Of a stretch of DNA of 64,000 bases, positions 30,248-39,136 are shown piece after piece. Made by a program: the position numbers and the translations under genes. Under the pieces are notes generated by a model. It worked only from the letters and a program-made list of their open reading frames with translations. It was not told where the DNA came from and ran no database searches. Location of the stretch: positions 126,264 through 190,263 of the forward strand of contig JADKGX010000002.1 in assembly GCA_016722065.1 (NCBI GenBank), read 5' to 3'. Every line of letters begins with the position of its first letter. Within the stretch, counting starts at the first letter, position 1. Origin of the DNA: Planctomycetota bacterium. Its GTDB lineage: Bacteria > Planctomycetota > UBA8742 > UBA2392.

Positions 30248-31081
30248 ATGCTGGAACACGCGGCAACCATGATTGACCTGCATTCGCACTCGACCTGTTC
30301 CGATGGCGCGCTTGCGCCAGCGCAACTGGTGCGCGAAGCCACCAAACGCGGCGTGCAAGTGCTGGCGTTGACCGACCACGACACCACAGCCGGGCTGGCC
30401 GAAGCTTTTGCGGAAGCGCACGCCCAGGGCATTTCCATGATCGCAGGGGTCGAGTTCACGGTGGATGCCATTGGCATTGAAATCCATATGCTGGGCCTTG
30501 GGATAGACCCCGCCAACGTGCAGCTGCAGCGCCTTTGCACCGAGATTCGCAGTCGCCGGCGCACGCGCTTTTTTGAAATGATCGCGCGTCTGCGGGCCGC
30601 AGGTCTGCCGATTCGCGACCCTGATCTTCCGAACGAAATGGCCTTGGCCCGGCCACTGCTGGCGCGCATCTTGATTGAGCAAGGGTTTGTTCAAAGCCAC
30701 AGCGAGGCCTTTGAACGCTATCTGCGCAAAGGCTGCCCCGGCTATGTCGAACACAACCGGCTTGGCATGAAGCACGCCATAGACGCCATTCACACCGCCG
30801 GTGGGCTTGCTTTTGTGGCTCATCCTGGCTTGTACCAGCGCGGCGATGAAATCGTGTTTGAGGCGCGGCGTTTGGGCATGGACGGCATTGAGGTCTACCA
30901 CAGCGACCACAAACACGACGTACAGGAGCATTACCTGTCACTGGCCCGCAAGCTGGACCTGCTGGTCAGCGGCGGGGCCGATTTTCACGGGCCGGAACAC
31001 CCGCGCAGCGTGAACTTTGGCAAACGAGGCTGCCCGCCCGCAGAGTTCGAGCGCATTCAGGCGGCTTTGTCCAGGTCCTGA
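30248..31081 (+). CDS. PHP domain phosphoesterase
   Basis: MIDLHSHSTCSDG N-terminus. PHP histidine motifs (LTDHDT, VAHP). Confidence 0.8.
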   Translation: MLEHAATMIDLHSHSTCSDGALAPAQLVREATKRGVQVLALTDHDTTAGLAEAFAEAHAQGISMIAGVEFTVDAIGIEIHMLGLGIDPANVQLQRLCTEIRSRRRTRFFEMIARLRAAGLPIRDPDLPNEMALARPLLARILIEQGFVQSHSEAFERYLRKGCPGYVEHNRLGMKHAIDAIHTAGGLAFVAHPGLYQRGDEIVFEARRLGMDGIEVYHSDHKHDVQEHYLSLARKLDLLVSGGADFHGPEHPRSVNFGKRGCPPAEFERIQAALSRS

Positions 31082-31136
31082 CCGGGGACGCCTGCGTGCG
31101 CAGAGGGCAGTCTGGAAGCTAGCCCCACGAAACGCT

Positions 31137-32327
31137 ATGTTCCCGCGCGTTCCTGCAGGAGTACCCGTGCAAACCAGTGCTGATTTTGTCGTGATTGGCG
31201 GCGGCTGTATTGGCGTTTCTGTGGCCTGGCACCTGGCCAAACGCAAGGCCGGCAAAGTCGTGCTGCTGGAACGCAACGAGTTTCTGGGCACCGAAAGCAC
31301 AGGTAAGTGCGCCGGCGGAATTCGCGCGCAGTTCAGCACCGAAGTCAACGCGCGCCTCAGTTTGCTGAGCATTGACGTGTTTGAGCGCTGGGCTGATGTG
31401 ATCGGCGAGCCGCTGCAATACCGCCAATGGGGCTATTGCTTCCTGCTGACCAGCGATGCCCTGGTGGCCAGCTTCAAGAAAAGCCACGCGATGTGGACGA
31501 AATTGGGCATGAAGGTGGACTGGCTGAGCCCAGAGCAAGTGCAGCGCAAGCTGCCCTATGTGAGCATCGAAGGCGTACAAGGCGCGACCTTTCACCAGCG
31601 CGACGGTTTTGGCGACCCCAATGACATCACCATGGGTTACGCCAAGCGCGCCCGGGAAATGGGCGTAGCGATTGAAACTGGCGTTGAAGTGCAGCAGTTG
31701 CAGCGCGATGAACTAGGGCGGCGCGTTACGACCGTCAAGACGAACAAAGGCAACATCACCGCTGGCACGGTCATTCTGTGCACCGGCGCCTGGACGCGCA
31801 AGTTGGGCGGCATGGTGGGAGTCGACGTGCCGATTGACCCGATTCGCCGCCAGATCATTGTGACGGACAAGTTCGACGAGATTGCCGACCCCTTTCCGAT
31901 GACTGTTGACCTGTCAACAACGCTGTACTTCCACCGTGAAAGCGGCGGCGTGCTGATCGGCATGAGCGACCAGACCGAGGGCCCCGGATTTGACACCGGC
32001 TTCAACGAAGAGTACGGCGAAAAGATGCTGATGACGGCCATGGAGCGCGCGCCGGTGCTTCAGAACGCCAGTCCCAAGCACAAGTGGGCCGGGCTGTACG
32101 AAGTCACGCCGGACCATCACCCGATTATCGACCGCCTGGCGCCAATGGATAACGTCTATGCATGCGCCGGCTTTTCCGGCCACGGCTTGATGCATGCGCC
32201 AGCGGCGGGGCTGGTGACCAGCGAGCTTGTGCTGGATGGCAAATGCCAGTCGCTGGACATCTCGCGGCTGGCCCTGGACCGCTTCTCTGACCCGGCGCTG
32301 CTGCACGACGAAGCCAACGTGATCTAG
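31137..32327 (+). CDS. FAD-dependent oxidoreductase (DAO family; sarcosine oxidase beta/D-amino-acid dehydrogenase-like)
   Basis: ADFVVIGGGCIGVSVAWHLA dinucleotide-binding motif. Long DAO-fold. Start uncertain (Met at 31137 or GTG). Confidence 0.8.
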   Translation: MFPRVPAGVPVQTSADFVVIGGGCIGVSVAWHLAKRKAGKVVLLERNEFLGTESTGKCAGGIRAQFSTEVNARLSLLSIDVFERWADVIGEPLQYRQWGYCFLLTSDALVASFKKSHAMWTKLGMKVDWLSPEQVQRKLPYVSIEGVQGATFHQRDGFGDPNDITMGYAKRAREMGVAIETGVEVQQLQRDELGRRVTTVKTNKGNITAGTVILCTGAWTRKLGGMVGVDVPIDPIRRQIIVTDKFDEIADPFPMTVDLSTTLYFHRESGGVLIGMSDQTEGPGFDTGFNEEYGEKMLMTAMERAPVLQNASPKHKWAGLYEVTPDHHPIIDRLAPMDNVYACAGFSGHGLMHAPAAGLVTSELVLDGKCQSLDISRLALDRFSDPALLHDEANVI

Positions 32328-32461
32328 CCTGCAGACTAAGAGGCAAGCGTCGAATGTCGACAACGGTCGATCTGTGCGACCCCCAAGCTGGGCTCGTTGA
32401 TGCGGCCTTGGTGGACAACCGTTTTCGACCCTGAACTCGTGACCCCGAACGGGCTTCCCTT

Positions 32462-32818
32462 ATGGAAAAACTCTACGCTCCGCTGCTGCTGTTGGGCAGC
32501 AATGTCTTCATGACCTATGCCTGGTACGGGCACTTGAAGGACCACAAGGAAAGGGCCCTGTGGCTGGTCGTTCTGATCTCCTGGGGCGTGGCGTTCTTTG
32601 AATATTGCCTGCAAGTGCCGGCCAACCGGCTTGGCTCCAGGGTCTATTCGCTCGGCCAGCTCAAGGTGATGCAGGAAGTGATCACGATGGTGGTGTTTGC
32701 AGGATTTGCAGTCCTCTACATGAAAGTCGAGTTGCGCTGGGACTTTCTGTGGGCCGGCCTGTGCCTGGTGGGTGCGGCTTTTTTCATGTTCCGGGGTGGG
32801 TTGACGCCTGCCTCATGA
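32462..32818 (+). CDS. Small DMT-superfamily membrane protein (DUF486-like)
   Basis: 118 aa. Four predicted TM helices. Confidence 0.6.
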   Translation: MEKLYAPLLLLGSNVFMTYAWYGHLKDHKERALWLVVLISWGVAFFEYCLQVPANRLGSRVYSLGQLKVMQEVITMVVFAGFAVLYMKVELRWDFLWAGLCLVGAAFFMFRGGLTPAS

Positions 32819-32880
32819 AGTTGCGGCAATCAAAAGGGCCCGCGCATTGCGCGGGCCCGGGTTTTGGCAGATACGGCAGG

Positions 32881-34119
32881 CTACTTGATCAGACCGTACT
32901 TCTTGCCCAGCTTTTCAAACGCATCAATGATGCGGGCTAGGTCTTTGTCGGTGTGAATGGCCATGAAGCTGGCGCGTACGCCGCTTTGGCCCTGGGGAAC
33001 GCCCGGCGTGATCACCGGGTTGGTGTACACGCCAAGTTCCAGCAGGTCTTTCCAGAACTGGAAGGCCTGAATGTCTTCCCCGACCTTGATGTACACAATC
33101 GGTGTGGCTTCGTCGCCCACGCTGTAGCCAATGCGGTTGAACTCGCCGCGCACTTTGGCAACGACGGTTCGCAGGTTCTCCAGGTGCTGTGGTTCTTCCT
33201 GCATCAGCTTCAGGGATTGCGTTACTGCGGCCACGCTGGCGGGCGTCATGCTGGCCGCGAAGATCAACTGGCGAGCGTGGTGCTTCACGTAATTGATCAC
33301 GCGGTCCTCGCCGGCAATGAAGCCGCCAAGGCCCGCAAAGCTCTTGCTGAACGTGCCCATCACCACGTCCACGTCGGCTTCCAGCCCGAAGTGTTCGGCA
33401 GTGCCGCGACCGTGCTTGCCAACGACACCCACGCCGTGGGCGTCGTCAACAAAAATACGCATTCCAAAACGCTTCTTGAGTTTGACGATTTCAGGCAAGC
33501 GGGCCAGGGTGCCCTTCATGCTGAACACGCCGTCGGTGACCAGCAGCTTGCCGCTGTCGGCGGGGGAACCCTCCAGCACGCGCTCGAGGTCCTCCATGTC
33601 GTCGTGCTTGTACTTTTTGGTTTCGGCAAAGCTGAGCTGCGTGGCATCCATGATGCACGAGTGGTTCTCGCGGTCGCTCAGGATGATATCGCGCCGGCCC
33701 GCCAGAACGCTGATCGCGCCCATGTTGGTGGTATAGCCCGTGGTGAAGCAAAGCGCCTTGGGCTTGCCCATGAAGGCCGCCAGGCGTTCTTCAAGATCTA
33801 CGTGAATCACATAGGTGCCGTTGGCGTAACGGCTTCCGCTGCACGAGGTGCCGTATTTGTTGGTGGCATCAATCGCGGCCTCGACCACCTTGGGGTGACG
33901 TGTCAAGCCAAGGTAGTTGTTGCTGCCGGCCATGACGACTTCGCGGCCGTCAATGACGACCCGCGAGCCCATGTTTCCTTCTATGGTCTTAAAGAAGGGG
34001 TACAGGCCGACCGCTTGGACCTCAAGGTCGCGCTTGAAGTCAAAACACTTGGCAAATACGTCCACGAAATCCCTTTGCCGACGATCCTGGGCGTCCGGTT
34101 GTTCCGAAAGTCTGTGCAT
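32881..34119 (-). CDS. Alpha-oxoamine synthase family PLP enzyme (serine palmitoyltransferase/KBL-like)
   Basis: PLP-lysine motif GTFSKSFAGLGG. AONS/SPT-like blocks (SNNYLGL, DDAHGVG). Confidence 0.8.
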   Translation of the reverse strand: MHRLSEQPDAQDRRQRDFVDVFAKCFDFKRDLEVQAVGLYPFFKTIEGNMGSRVVIDGREVVMAGSNNYLGLTRHPKVVEAAIDATNKYGTSCSGSRYANGTYVIHVDLEERLAAFMGKPKALCFTTGYTTNMGAISVLAGRRDIILSDRENHSCIMDATQLSFAETKKYKHDDMEDLERVLEGSPADSGKLLVTDGVFSMKGTLARLPEIVKLKKRFGMRIFVDDAHGVGVVGKHGRGTAEHFGLEADVDVVMGTFSKSFAGLGGFIAGEDRVINYVKHHARQLIFAASMTPASVAAVTQSLKLMQEEPQHLENLRTVVAKVRGEFNRIGYSVGDEATPIVYIKVGEDIQAFQFWKDLLELGVYTNPVITPGVPQGQSGVRASFMAIHTDKDLARIIDAFEKLGKKYGLIK

Positions 34120-34205
34120 GCTGGCGCCGGACAGGATGTTCCCCCAAACTGGCGCGACCAGACTAGTGCAACAACCCGATTAGTCAAGCAAGCCGAAACA
34201 GCGTA

Positions 34206-35366
34206 CTACTTTACGGCGGCAACTATCTTCTTTGCCGCATCTGTCAAATCTGTTGCCGATTGAATTCTAAGCTTGCTTTCGTCCAGCAGCTTCCGGCCCT
34301 TTTCCACGTTCGTACCCTCCAGCCGTGCGACAACAGGCACGTTGAGCTGGATTTCTTTGGCCGCCGCAATCACGCCCTCCGCGATTACGTCGCACTTCAT
34401 GATGCCGCCGAAAATGTTGATCAGTACGCCTTTAACGCTGGGGTCGCTCAAGATCAGCTTGAAGGCTGCCGTCACGCGTTCTTTGCTTGCGCCGCCGCCC
34501 ACATCAAGAAAGTTGGCAGGCTGGCCCCCGTGCAGCTTGATGATGTCCATGGTCGACATTGCCAGGCCCGCGCCATTGACCATGCAGCCAATGTTGCCAT
34601 CGAGCTTGATATAGCTCAGGTCGTACTTCTTGGCCTCGGTTTCTTCGGGTACTTCCTCGCTCAAGTCCCGCATCGCTTCAATATCGGTGTGGCGGTACAT
34701 TGCGTTGTCGTCAAAAGTCATCTTCGCGTCCAGCGCGATCACGTTGCCGTCCTTGGTGGTGACCAGCGGGTTGATTTCCAGCAGCGACGCGTCTTGTTCC
34801 GTGAAGCAGCGGGCCACGGATTGAATCAACGCCCCGGCCTTGTTGACCAGCTTGGCGGGCACTCCCATGCGCAATGCCAGACGCCGGGCTTGAAAGCCTT
34901 GCAAGCCGGTCGAGGCATCAAACCATTCCTTGAGAATGCGACCCGGGTGTTTGTGGGCGACTTCTTCAATGTCCATGCCGCCATCAAAACTGCCCATCAT
35001 GCAGAGCCTGGACGAGTCCCGATCCAGCACACAAGCCAGGTAGTACTCGTGGTCGATCAGGCAGCCTTCCTCGATCAGCAGTTGATTCACCTTCTTGCCT
35101 TCGGGGCCGGTCTGGTGCGTGACCAGCTGCATGCCCAGGATCTTTTCGGCGTGTGCGCGCACTTCTTCGGTGCTCTTGGCCAGCTTGACGCCGCCACCCT
35201 TGCCGCGCCCGCCGGCGTGAATCTGTGCCTTCACGACCCAGACACTGCCACCGATGTCGCGCGCCACGTTGACGGCCTCCTCCACGCTGTAGGCCACGCG
35301 CCCCTTGAGCAGCGGCGTTCCATAGCGGCGCAGAATGTCCTTGGCCTGGTATTCGTGAATCTTCAT
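34206..35366 (-). CDS. sucC: Succinyl-CoA synthetase beta subunit (ADP-forming)
   Basis: [17 protein letters not shown]-terminus. ATP-grasp and CoA-ligase domains. No sucD adjacent. Confidence 0.9.
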   Translation of the reverse strand: MKIHEYQAKDILRRYGTPLLKGRVAYSVEEAVNVARDIGGSVWVVKAQIHAGGRGKGGGVKLAKSTEEVRAHAEKILGMQLVTHQTGPEGKKVNQLLIEEGCLIDHEYYLACVLDRDSSRLCMMGSFDGGMDIEEVAHKHPGRILKEWFDASTGLQGFQARRLALRMGVPAKLVNKAGALIQSVARCFTEQDASLLEINPLVTTKDGNVIALDAKMTFDDNAMYRHTDIEAMRDLSEEVPEETEAKKYDLSYIKLDGNIGCMVNGAGLAMSTMDIIKLHGGQPANFLDVGGGASKERVTAAFKLILSDPSVKGVLINIFGGIMKCDVIAEGVIAAAKEIQLNVPVVARLEGTNVEKGRKLLDESKLRIQSATDLTDAAKKIVAAVK

Positions 35367-35432
35367 CTCGACCCTTTGGTTTGGCTAATTCGGGGCGGCA
35401 TTGTGCGCAGCCCCGGTATGTCGCGCAAGCTG

Positions 35433-36002
35433 CTATCTGCCCGGGTGGCGGGTTCTGCGCGGAGGGGCATTTTGGGTCTTGCCCACCGCCTGCTGGGCGG
35501 CTGGAAGGGCCTGTTTCAAGGTTTCGGTCTTCTCGCGCAGGCGGGCTTCCACCACGGCAGGCACGAATTTGCCGATATCGCCAGAGAGGGCGGCGGCCTC
35601 GCGAATCAGGCGCGAGGAAATGTAGCTTTCTTCCAGTGAGGCGCACACGAACACGGTTTCCACATCAGGCGCAAAAGTGCGGTTGGCGTAAGCCAGTTGC
35701 ACTTCGCTTTCGAAATCACTGAACGTGCGCAACCCGCGCAGCAGCAGCCGGCTGCCCACGCTGCGCACGTAATCGACGGCCATACCGGAAAAGCTGTCAA
35801 TGCGCACGTTGGGCAGGTCTCTGGTGACCTCGCGCAGCAGCTCGACACGTTCCTGTACGGTGAACAACGGGCTTTTCTGAAAGTTGATTGCGCAGGCCAC
35901 GATCAATTCTTCAAAAATCGTGGCGCCACGACGAATCACGTCCAGGTGGCCATTGGTCACCGGATCAAAGGTTCCGGGATACACTGCGATTCTTGTGGGC
36001 AT
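35433..36002 (-). CDS. coaD: Phosphopantetheine adenylyltransferase with a ~30-aa C-terminal extension
   Basis: IAVYPGTFDPVTNGHLDVIRR nucleotidyltransferase motif. Start at internal Met (MPTRIAVY). Confidence 0.85.
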   Translation of the reverse strand: MPTRIAVYPGTFDPVTNGHLDVIRRGATIFEELIVACAINFQKSPLFTVQERVELLREVTRDLPNVRIDSFSGMAVDYVRSVGSRLLLRGLRTFSDFESEVQLAYANRTFAPDVETVFVCASLEESYISSRLIREAAALSGDIGKFVPAVVEARLREKTETLKQALPAAQQAVGKTQNAPPRRTRHPGR

Positions 36003-36111
36003 GGGCGCTCCGCGTTGATTCGCAACATACCAACGCCACCGCCGCGGGCCAGCACAGCGCAGGGCTGTATTCAATGCCAAACGCCGTTATCCTCCGGGCA
36101 AGGAGAACCCC

Positions 36112-36588
36112 ATGACCAGCCTTTATGATTTCAAGACGAAAACACTTCACGGCAAGCCGGCTGACCTTGCGGCCTACAAGGGCAAGGTGGCGCTGGTGGT
36201 GAATGTGGCTAGCGCCTGTGGCTTGACACCGCATTACACGGGACTTCAGAAGTTGCACGAAGAGCTGGGCAGCAAGGGACTTGCCGTTCTGGGCTTTCCG
36301 TGCAACCAGTTTGGCGCCCAGGAACCCGGCAGCCCCCAGCAGATTTCCGAGTTCTGCAGCACCAAGTACAACGTCACGTTTCCGTTGTTTGAAAAAGTCG
36401 AGGTCAAGAAGGGCGGCAACCAGGACCCGATCTTTCAATTCCTGACTACCAACCAGGCTGAGCCCAACTGGAACTTCACCAAATACCTGGTCGGCAAAGA
36501 CGGCAGCGTGATCAAGCGCTATGAACCGACCACCAAGCCCGACGACCCGGCGCTGGTGGCGGACATTCAGGCCGCACTGGCCCAGTAG
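36112..36588 (+). CDS. Glutathione peroxidase (cytoplasmic)
   Basis: GPx motifs VNVASACGLT, LGFPCNQFGAQEPG, WNFTKYLV. Confidence 0.9.
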   Translation: MTSLYDFKTKTLHGKPADLAAYKGKVALVVNVASACGLTPHYTGLQKLHEELGSKGLAVLGFPCNQFGAQEPGSPQQISEFCSTKYNVTFPLFEKVEVKKGGNQDPIFQFLTTNQAEPNWNFTKYLVGKDGSVIKRYEPTTKPDDPALVADIQAALAQ

Positions 36589-36664
36589 AGGCCTGGTGCG
36601 CAGGAAAGCAGAAAGCACGGAAGGAATCCGGGCGGCTGTCGGTTAATCACGCAAGGAGACGAAC

Positions 36665-37372
36665 ATGAAACCCACATTCAAGACCCTGCTGCTGGTTACC
36701 GCCCTGATGTTGCTTCCGGCGGCAGTCATGCTGGCGCAGTCGGCCAAGGGCGACAAAGAAACCCCCAAGGCCGAAGAAGCCAAGCCAACGCCCAAGGCCG
36801 CAGAATTGCCAGAAGACTCCCTGTACAAACTTTCCGCCAGGACGCTGGACGGCAAAGACGCCGACCTGAAGGACTATCAGGGCAAGGTGGTATTGGTGGT
36901 CAATGTTGCCAGCAAGTGCGGCTACACGCCCCAGTACAAGGGCCTGGAGAAACTGTACCAGGACTACAAAGACAAGGGCTTCTTTGTGCTGGGCTTTCCC
37001 AGCAACGACTTCGGGCGCCAGGAACCCGGCAGCTCCGAGGACATTCAGAAGTTCTGCAAAGACAACTACAGCGTCACTTTTCCGCTGTTTGAAAAGCTGC
37101 AAACCAAAGACGGCGAAGGCCAATCGCCCATCTATGCCAACCTTCAAAAGCAAAGCGGCAGCCTGCCCAGCTGGAATTTCTGCAAATATCTGGTCGGCAA
37201 AGACGGCAAGGTGATCAAGTTCTACGCCAGCAAGACCACACCTGAAGACGAGTCAATGCGCAAGGCCATCGACGACGCCCTGGCGGTCACAGACAAAGAG
37301 GCCACAAAAGAACAACCAAAGGAAACGCCCAAAGAAGAACCTAAGGAAGAACCCAAGAAGGAAGGCAAGTAA
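36665..37372 (+). CDS. Glutathione peroxidase paralog, secreted, with Lys/Glu/Pro-rich N- and C-terminal extensions
   Basis: Signal peptide MKPTFKTLLLVTALMLLPAAVMLA. GPx core (VNVASKCGYT, LGFPSNDFGRQEPG, WNFCKYLV). Tail KEQPKETPKEEPKEEPKKEGK. Good SD (AAGGAGA). Confidence 0.85.
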   Translation: MKPTFKTLLLVTALMLLPAAVMLAQSAKGDKETPKAEEAKPTPKAAELPEDSLYKLSARTLDGKDADLKDYQGKVVLVVNVASKCGYTPQYKGLEKLYQDYKDKGFFVLGFPSNDFGRQEPGSSEDIQKFCKDNYSVTFPLFEKLQTKDGEGQSPIYANLQKQSGSLPSWNFCKYLVGKDGKVIKFYASKTTPEDESMRKAIDDALAVTDKEATKEQPKETPKEEPKEEPKKEGK

Positions 37373-37396
37373 GCCGCAGCAGCCGCCCAAAATCAC

Positions 37397-37425
37397 AAAG
37401 GCCCGGGCCCAGGCTCGGGCCTTTG
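37397..37425. terminator. Bidirectional rho-independent terminator
   Basis: Hairpin AAAGGCCCG-GGCCCAGGCT-CGGGCCTTT, followed by GCTTTGTT. Lies between gpx2 (+) and mpg (-). Confidence 0.65.
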
Positions 37426-37431
37426 CTTTGT

Positions 37432-38034
37432 TCATAGCCCCCGGCTTGATGCGCCAAGGCGCCCGCGGTGGCTTACCCAGGGCGAATCCGCATCTGCAAA
37501 TCGAAGCAGTGCCTTTACGTCGCGAGGCCGCGCGGAATCAATGCCCACGCGCCTGCCCACAGCGATGGCACGTGGCGGCAGCCCTTGAAGTAACTCCAAC
37601 CCGCCTGGCTCAAACAGCGGCTGGCCGCTGAAGCTGGTGTTCAGTGCCAACCCCTGGCCCACCCGGCCGGGTCCGGCAAGCAGCGCCGGCCCCACAATTG
37701 CGCCACGCCTGCGCCGGATCGTGGCATGTCCCTGAAACGGTTCGCAGGAGCGAATCAGTACGGCACTGCCGCATTGCAGGCCAGCCACCACATTCAGCAT
37801 CTGATGCATGCCGTAGCACACATAGACGTAGGCGTGGCCTGGCGGCCCCCACATGGCGGCGTTGCGGGGTGTGCGACCCTTGCTGGTGTGACAGGCCGAA
37901 TCCTGGGGCCCCAGGTAGGCTTCGACTTCCGTGATGCGAAGAACCACGGAGCCACGCCGCAACTGCATGCCCAGCAGGTCGCGCGCGACTTGCACGACAT
38001 CACGCGCATACCAGCTTTGGGCCAGCAGGTTCAC
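37432..38034 (-). CDS. DNA-3-methyladenine glycosylase (Mpg/AAG family)
   Basis: AAG-family blocks (ITEVEAYLGPQDSACH, GHAYVYVCYGMH, GPGRV). Confidence 0.8.
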   Translation of the reverse strand: MNLLAQSWYARDVVQVARDLLGMQLRRGSVVLRITEVEAYLGPQDSACHTSKGRTPRNAAMWGPPGHAYVYVCYGMHQMLNVVAGLQCGSAVLIRSCEPFQGHATIRRRRGAIVGPALLAGPGRVGQGLALNTSFSGQPLFEPGGLELLQGLPPRAIAVGRRVGIDSARPRDVKALLRFADADSPWVSHRGRLGASSRGL

Positions 38035-38681
38035 TCCAGAACTCCCACCCAGCAGCCGTCACCGATGGGCGCAATGACGCCATGGATGTCCTTGCGTGCG
38101 GCCATGATGTCGTTGAATCGGCGTACGGCGTGCACCCCGCTGTCGTCTGGCACGTCGGCAAACAGCTTGCCGAAGGCAAAGGCGTTGTCGGCCATTACCA
38201 GACCGCCCTTACCCAAGATGCGCGTACAGTGGTCCAGATACACGGGGTAGTTGTCTTTGTCGGCGTCCAGAAAGCACGCATCAGCGGACTTGGCGGGCAT
38301 GGTTGCCAGCAGATCGGCCCCTTTGCCTCGCAGTACTCTGACCTTGCCTTTGACGTCAGACTTGGCGATCCAGCTTTCGGCAAAATCAGCGTGCTTGGGT
38401 TCGAGTTCGATAGTGGTGACCATGCCATCGGCGGGCAGGGCGCGGGCCATCTGAATTGCGCTGTAGCCTGCCAGGGTTCCGACCTCCAGCACTCGTTTTG
38501 CACCGCGCAGTTTCAGCACGATCTGCATCAAGCTGGCCTGGGCCGGGCTGATCCAGATCGAAGGAATACCGGCCTTGGCGGCCTCGGCCTTCAGGGACTT
38601 CAGGAAGTCGTCGTCACCACGGGTACGCTCTGCAACGTAATCGTAGTGGCGCTGGGTTACGCGGCAGGGATTGTCGGTCAT
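38031..38681 (-). CDS. Class I SAM-dependent O-methyltransferase (caffeoyl-CoA OMT-like)
   Basis: VLEVGTLAGYSAI SAM-binding motif. LDADKDNY, typical of the CCoAOMT family. Overlaps the mpg stop (ATGA). Confidence 0.8.
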   Translation of the reverse strand: MTDNPCRVTQRHYDYVAERTRGDDDFLKSLKAEAAKAGIPSIWISPAQASLMQIVLKLRGAKRVLEVGTLAGYSAIQMARALPADGMVTTIELEPKHADFAESWIAKSDVKGKVRVLRGKGADLLATMPAKSADACFLDADKDNYPVYLDHCTRILGKGGLVMADNAFAFGKLFADVPDDSGVHAVRRFNDIMAARKDIHGVIAPIGDGCWVGVLE

Positions 38682-38712
38682 GTTCAGCCTCCGGCCCGAA
38701 TATACTGGCGAC

Positions 38713-39006
38713 ATGGCAAACCTGTATGACATCTACGCGGAACTTCGCGCCGCAGGCATGCCCGCGCTGGAAGTCCTCGAGTTCTACGCAGGCGGCAGTG
38801 TCTTGAGTGTGTGCGGTGCAAACAAACCCTTGCCCGACGCAATGGCCCGCGACATGCTTTCCATGCACGCAATTCGCTGGCTGGGCCAGCCAGTGCAACT
38901 GGCACACGCGACTGGCTGGATGCTATCGATAGCTGGAAGGCAATTCGAGGGCACAGACCCCCTGGCCTGCGTACTGGCGGCCGCGCGATATCGGGTGACT
39001 GCTTGA
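38713..39006 (+). CDS. Small hypothetical protein (uncertain)
   Basis: Lone plus-strand ORF between two minus-strand genes. Start at internal Met (MANLYD). No motif. Confidence 0.25.
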   Translation: MANLYDIYAELRAAGMPALEVLEFYAGGSVLSVCGANKPLPDAMARDMLSMHAIRWLGQPVQLAHATGWMLSIAGRQFEGTDPLACVLAAARYRVTA

Positions 39007-39007
39007 A

Positions 39008-39083
39008 TGGTGGGCGCGGAGGGATTCGAACCCCCAACCCTCTGCGTGTAAAGCAGATGCTCTAACCGTTGAGCTACGCGCCC
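39008..39083 (-). tRNA. tRNA-Val (anticodon UAC)
   Basis: Reverse complement GGGCGCGTAGCTCAACGGTTAGAGCATCTGCTTTACACGCAGAGGGTTGGGGGTTCGAATCCCTCCGCGCCCACCA folds as a canonical cloverleaf: 7-bp acceptor stem, GCTC/GAGC D-stem, anticodon loop TTTACAC, GGGGG/CCCTC T-stem with a TTCGAAT T-loop, and an encoded CCA. Confidence 0.9.
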
Positions 39084-39136
39084 GCTGGCATTCAGCATAT
39101 CGCAGGCTGCGCGGCCTGCAACGCGCCGCCTTGGCC

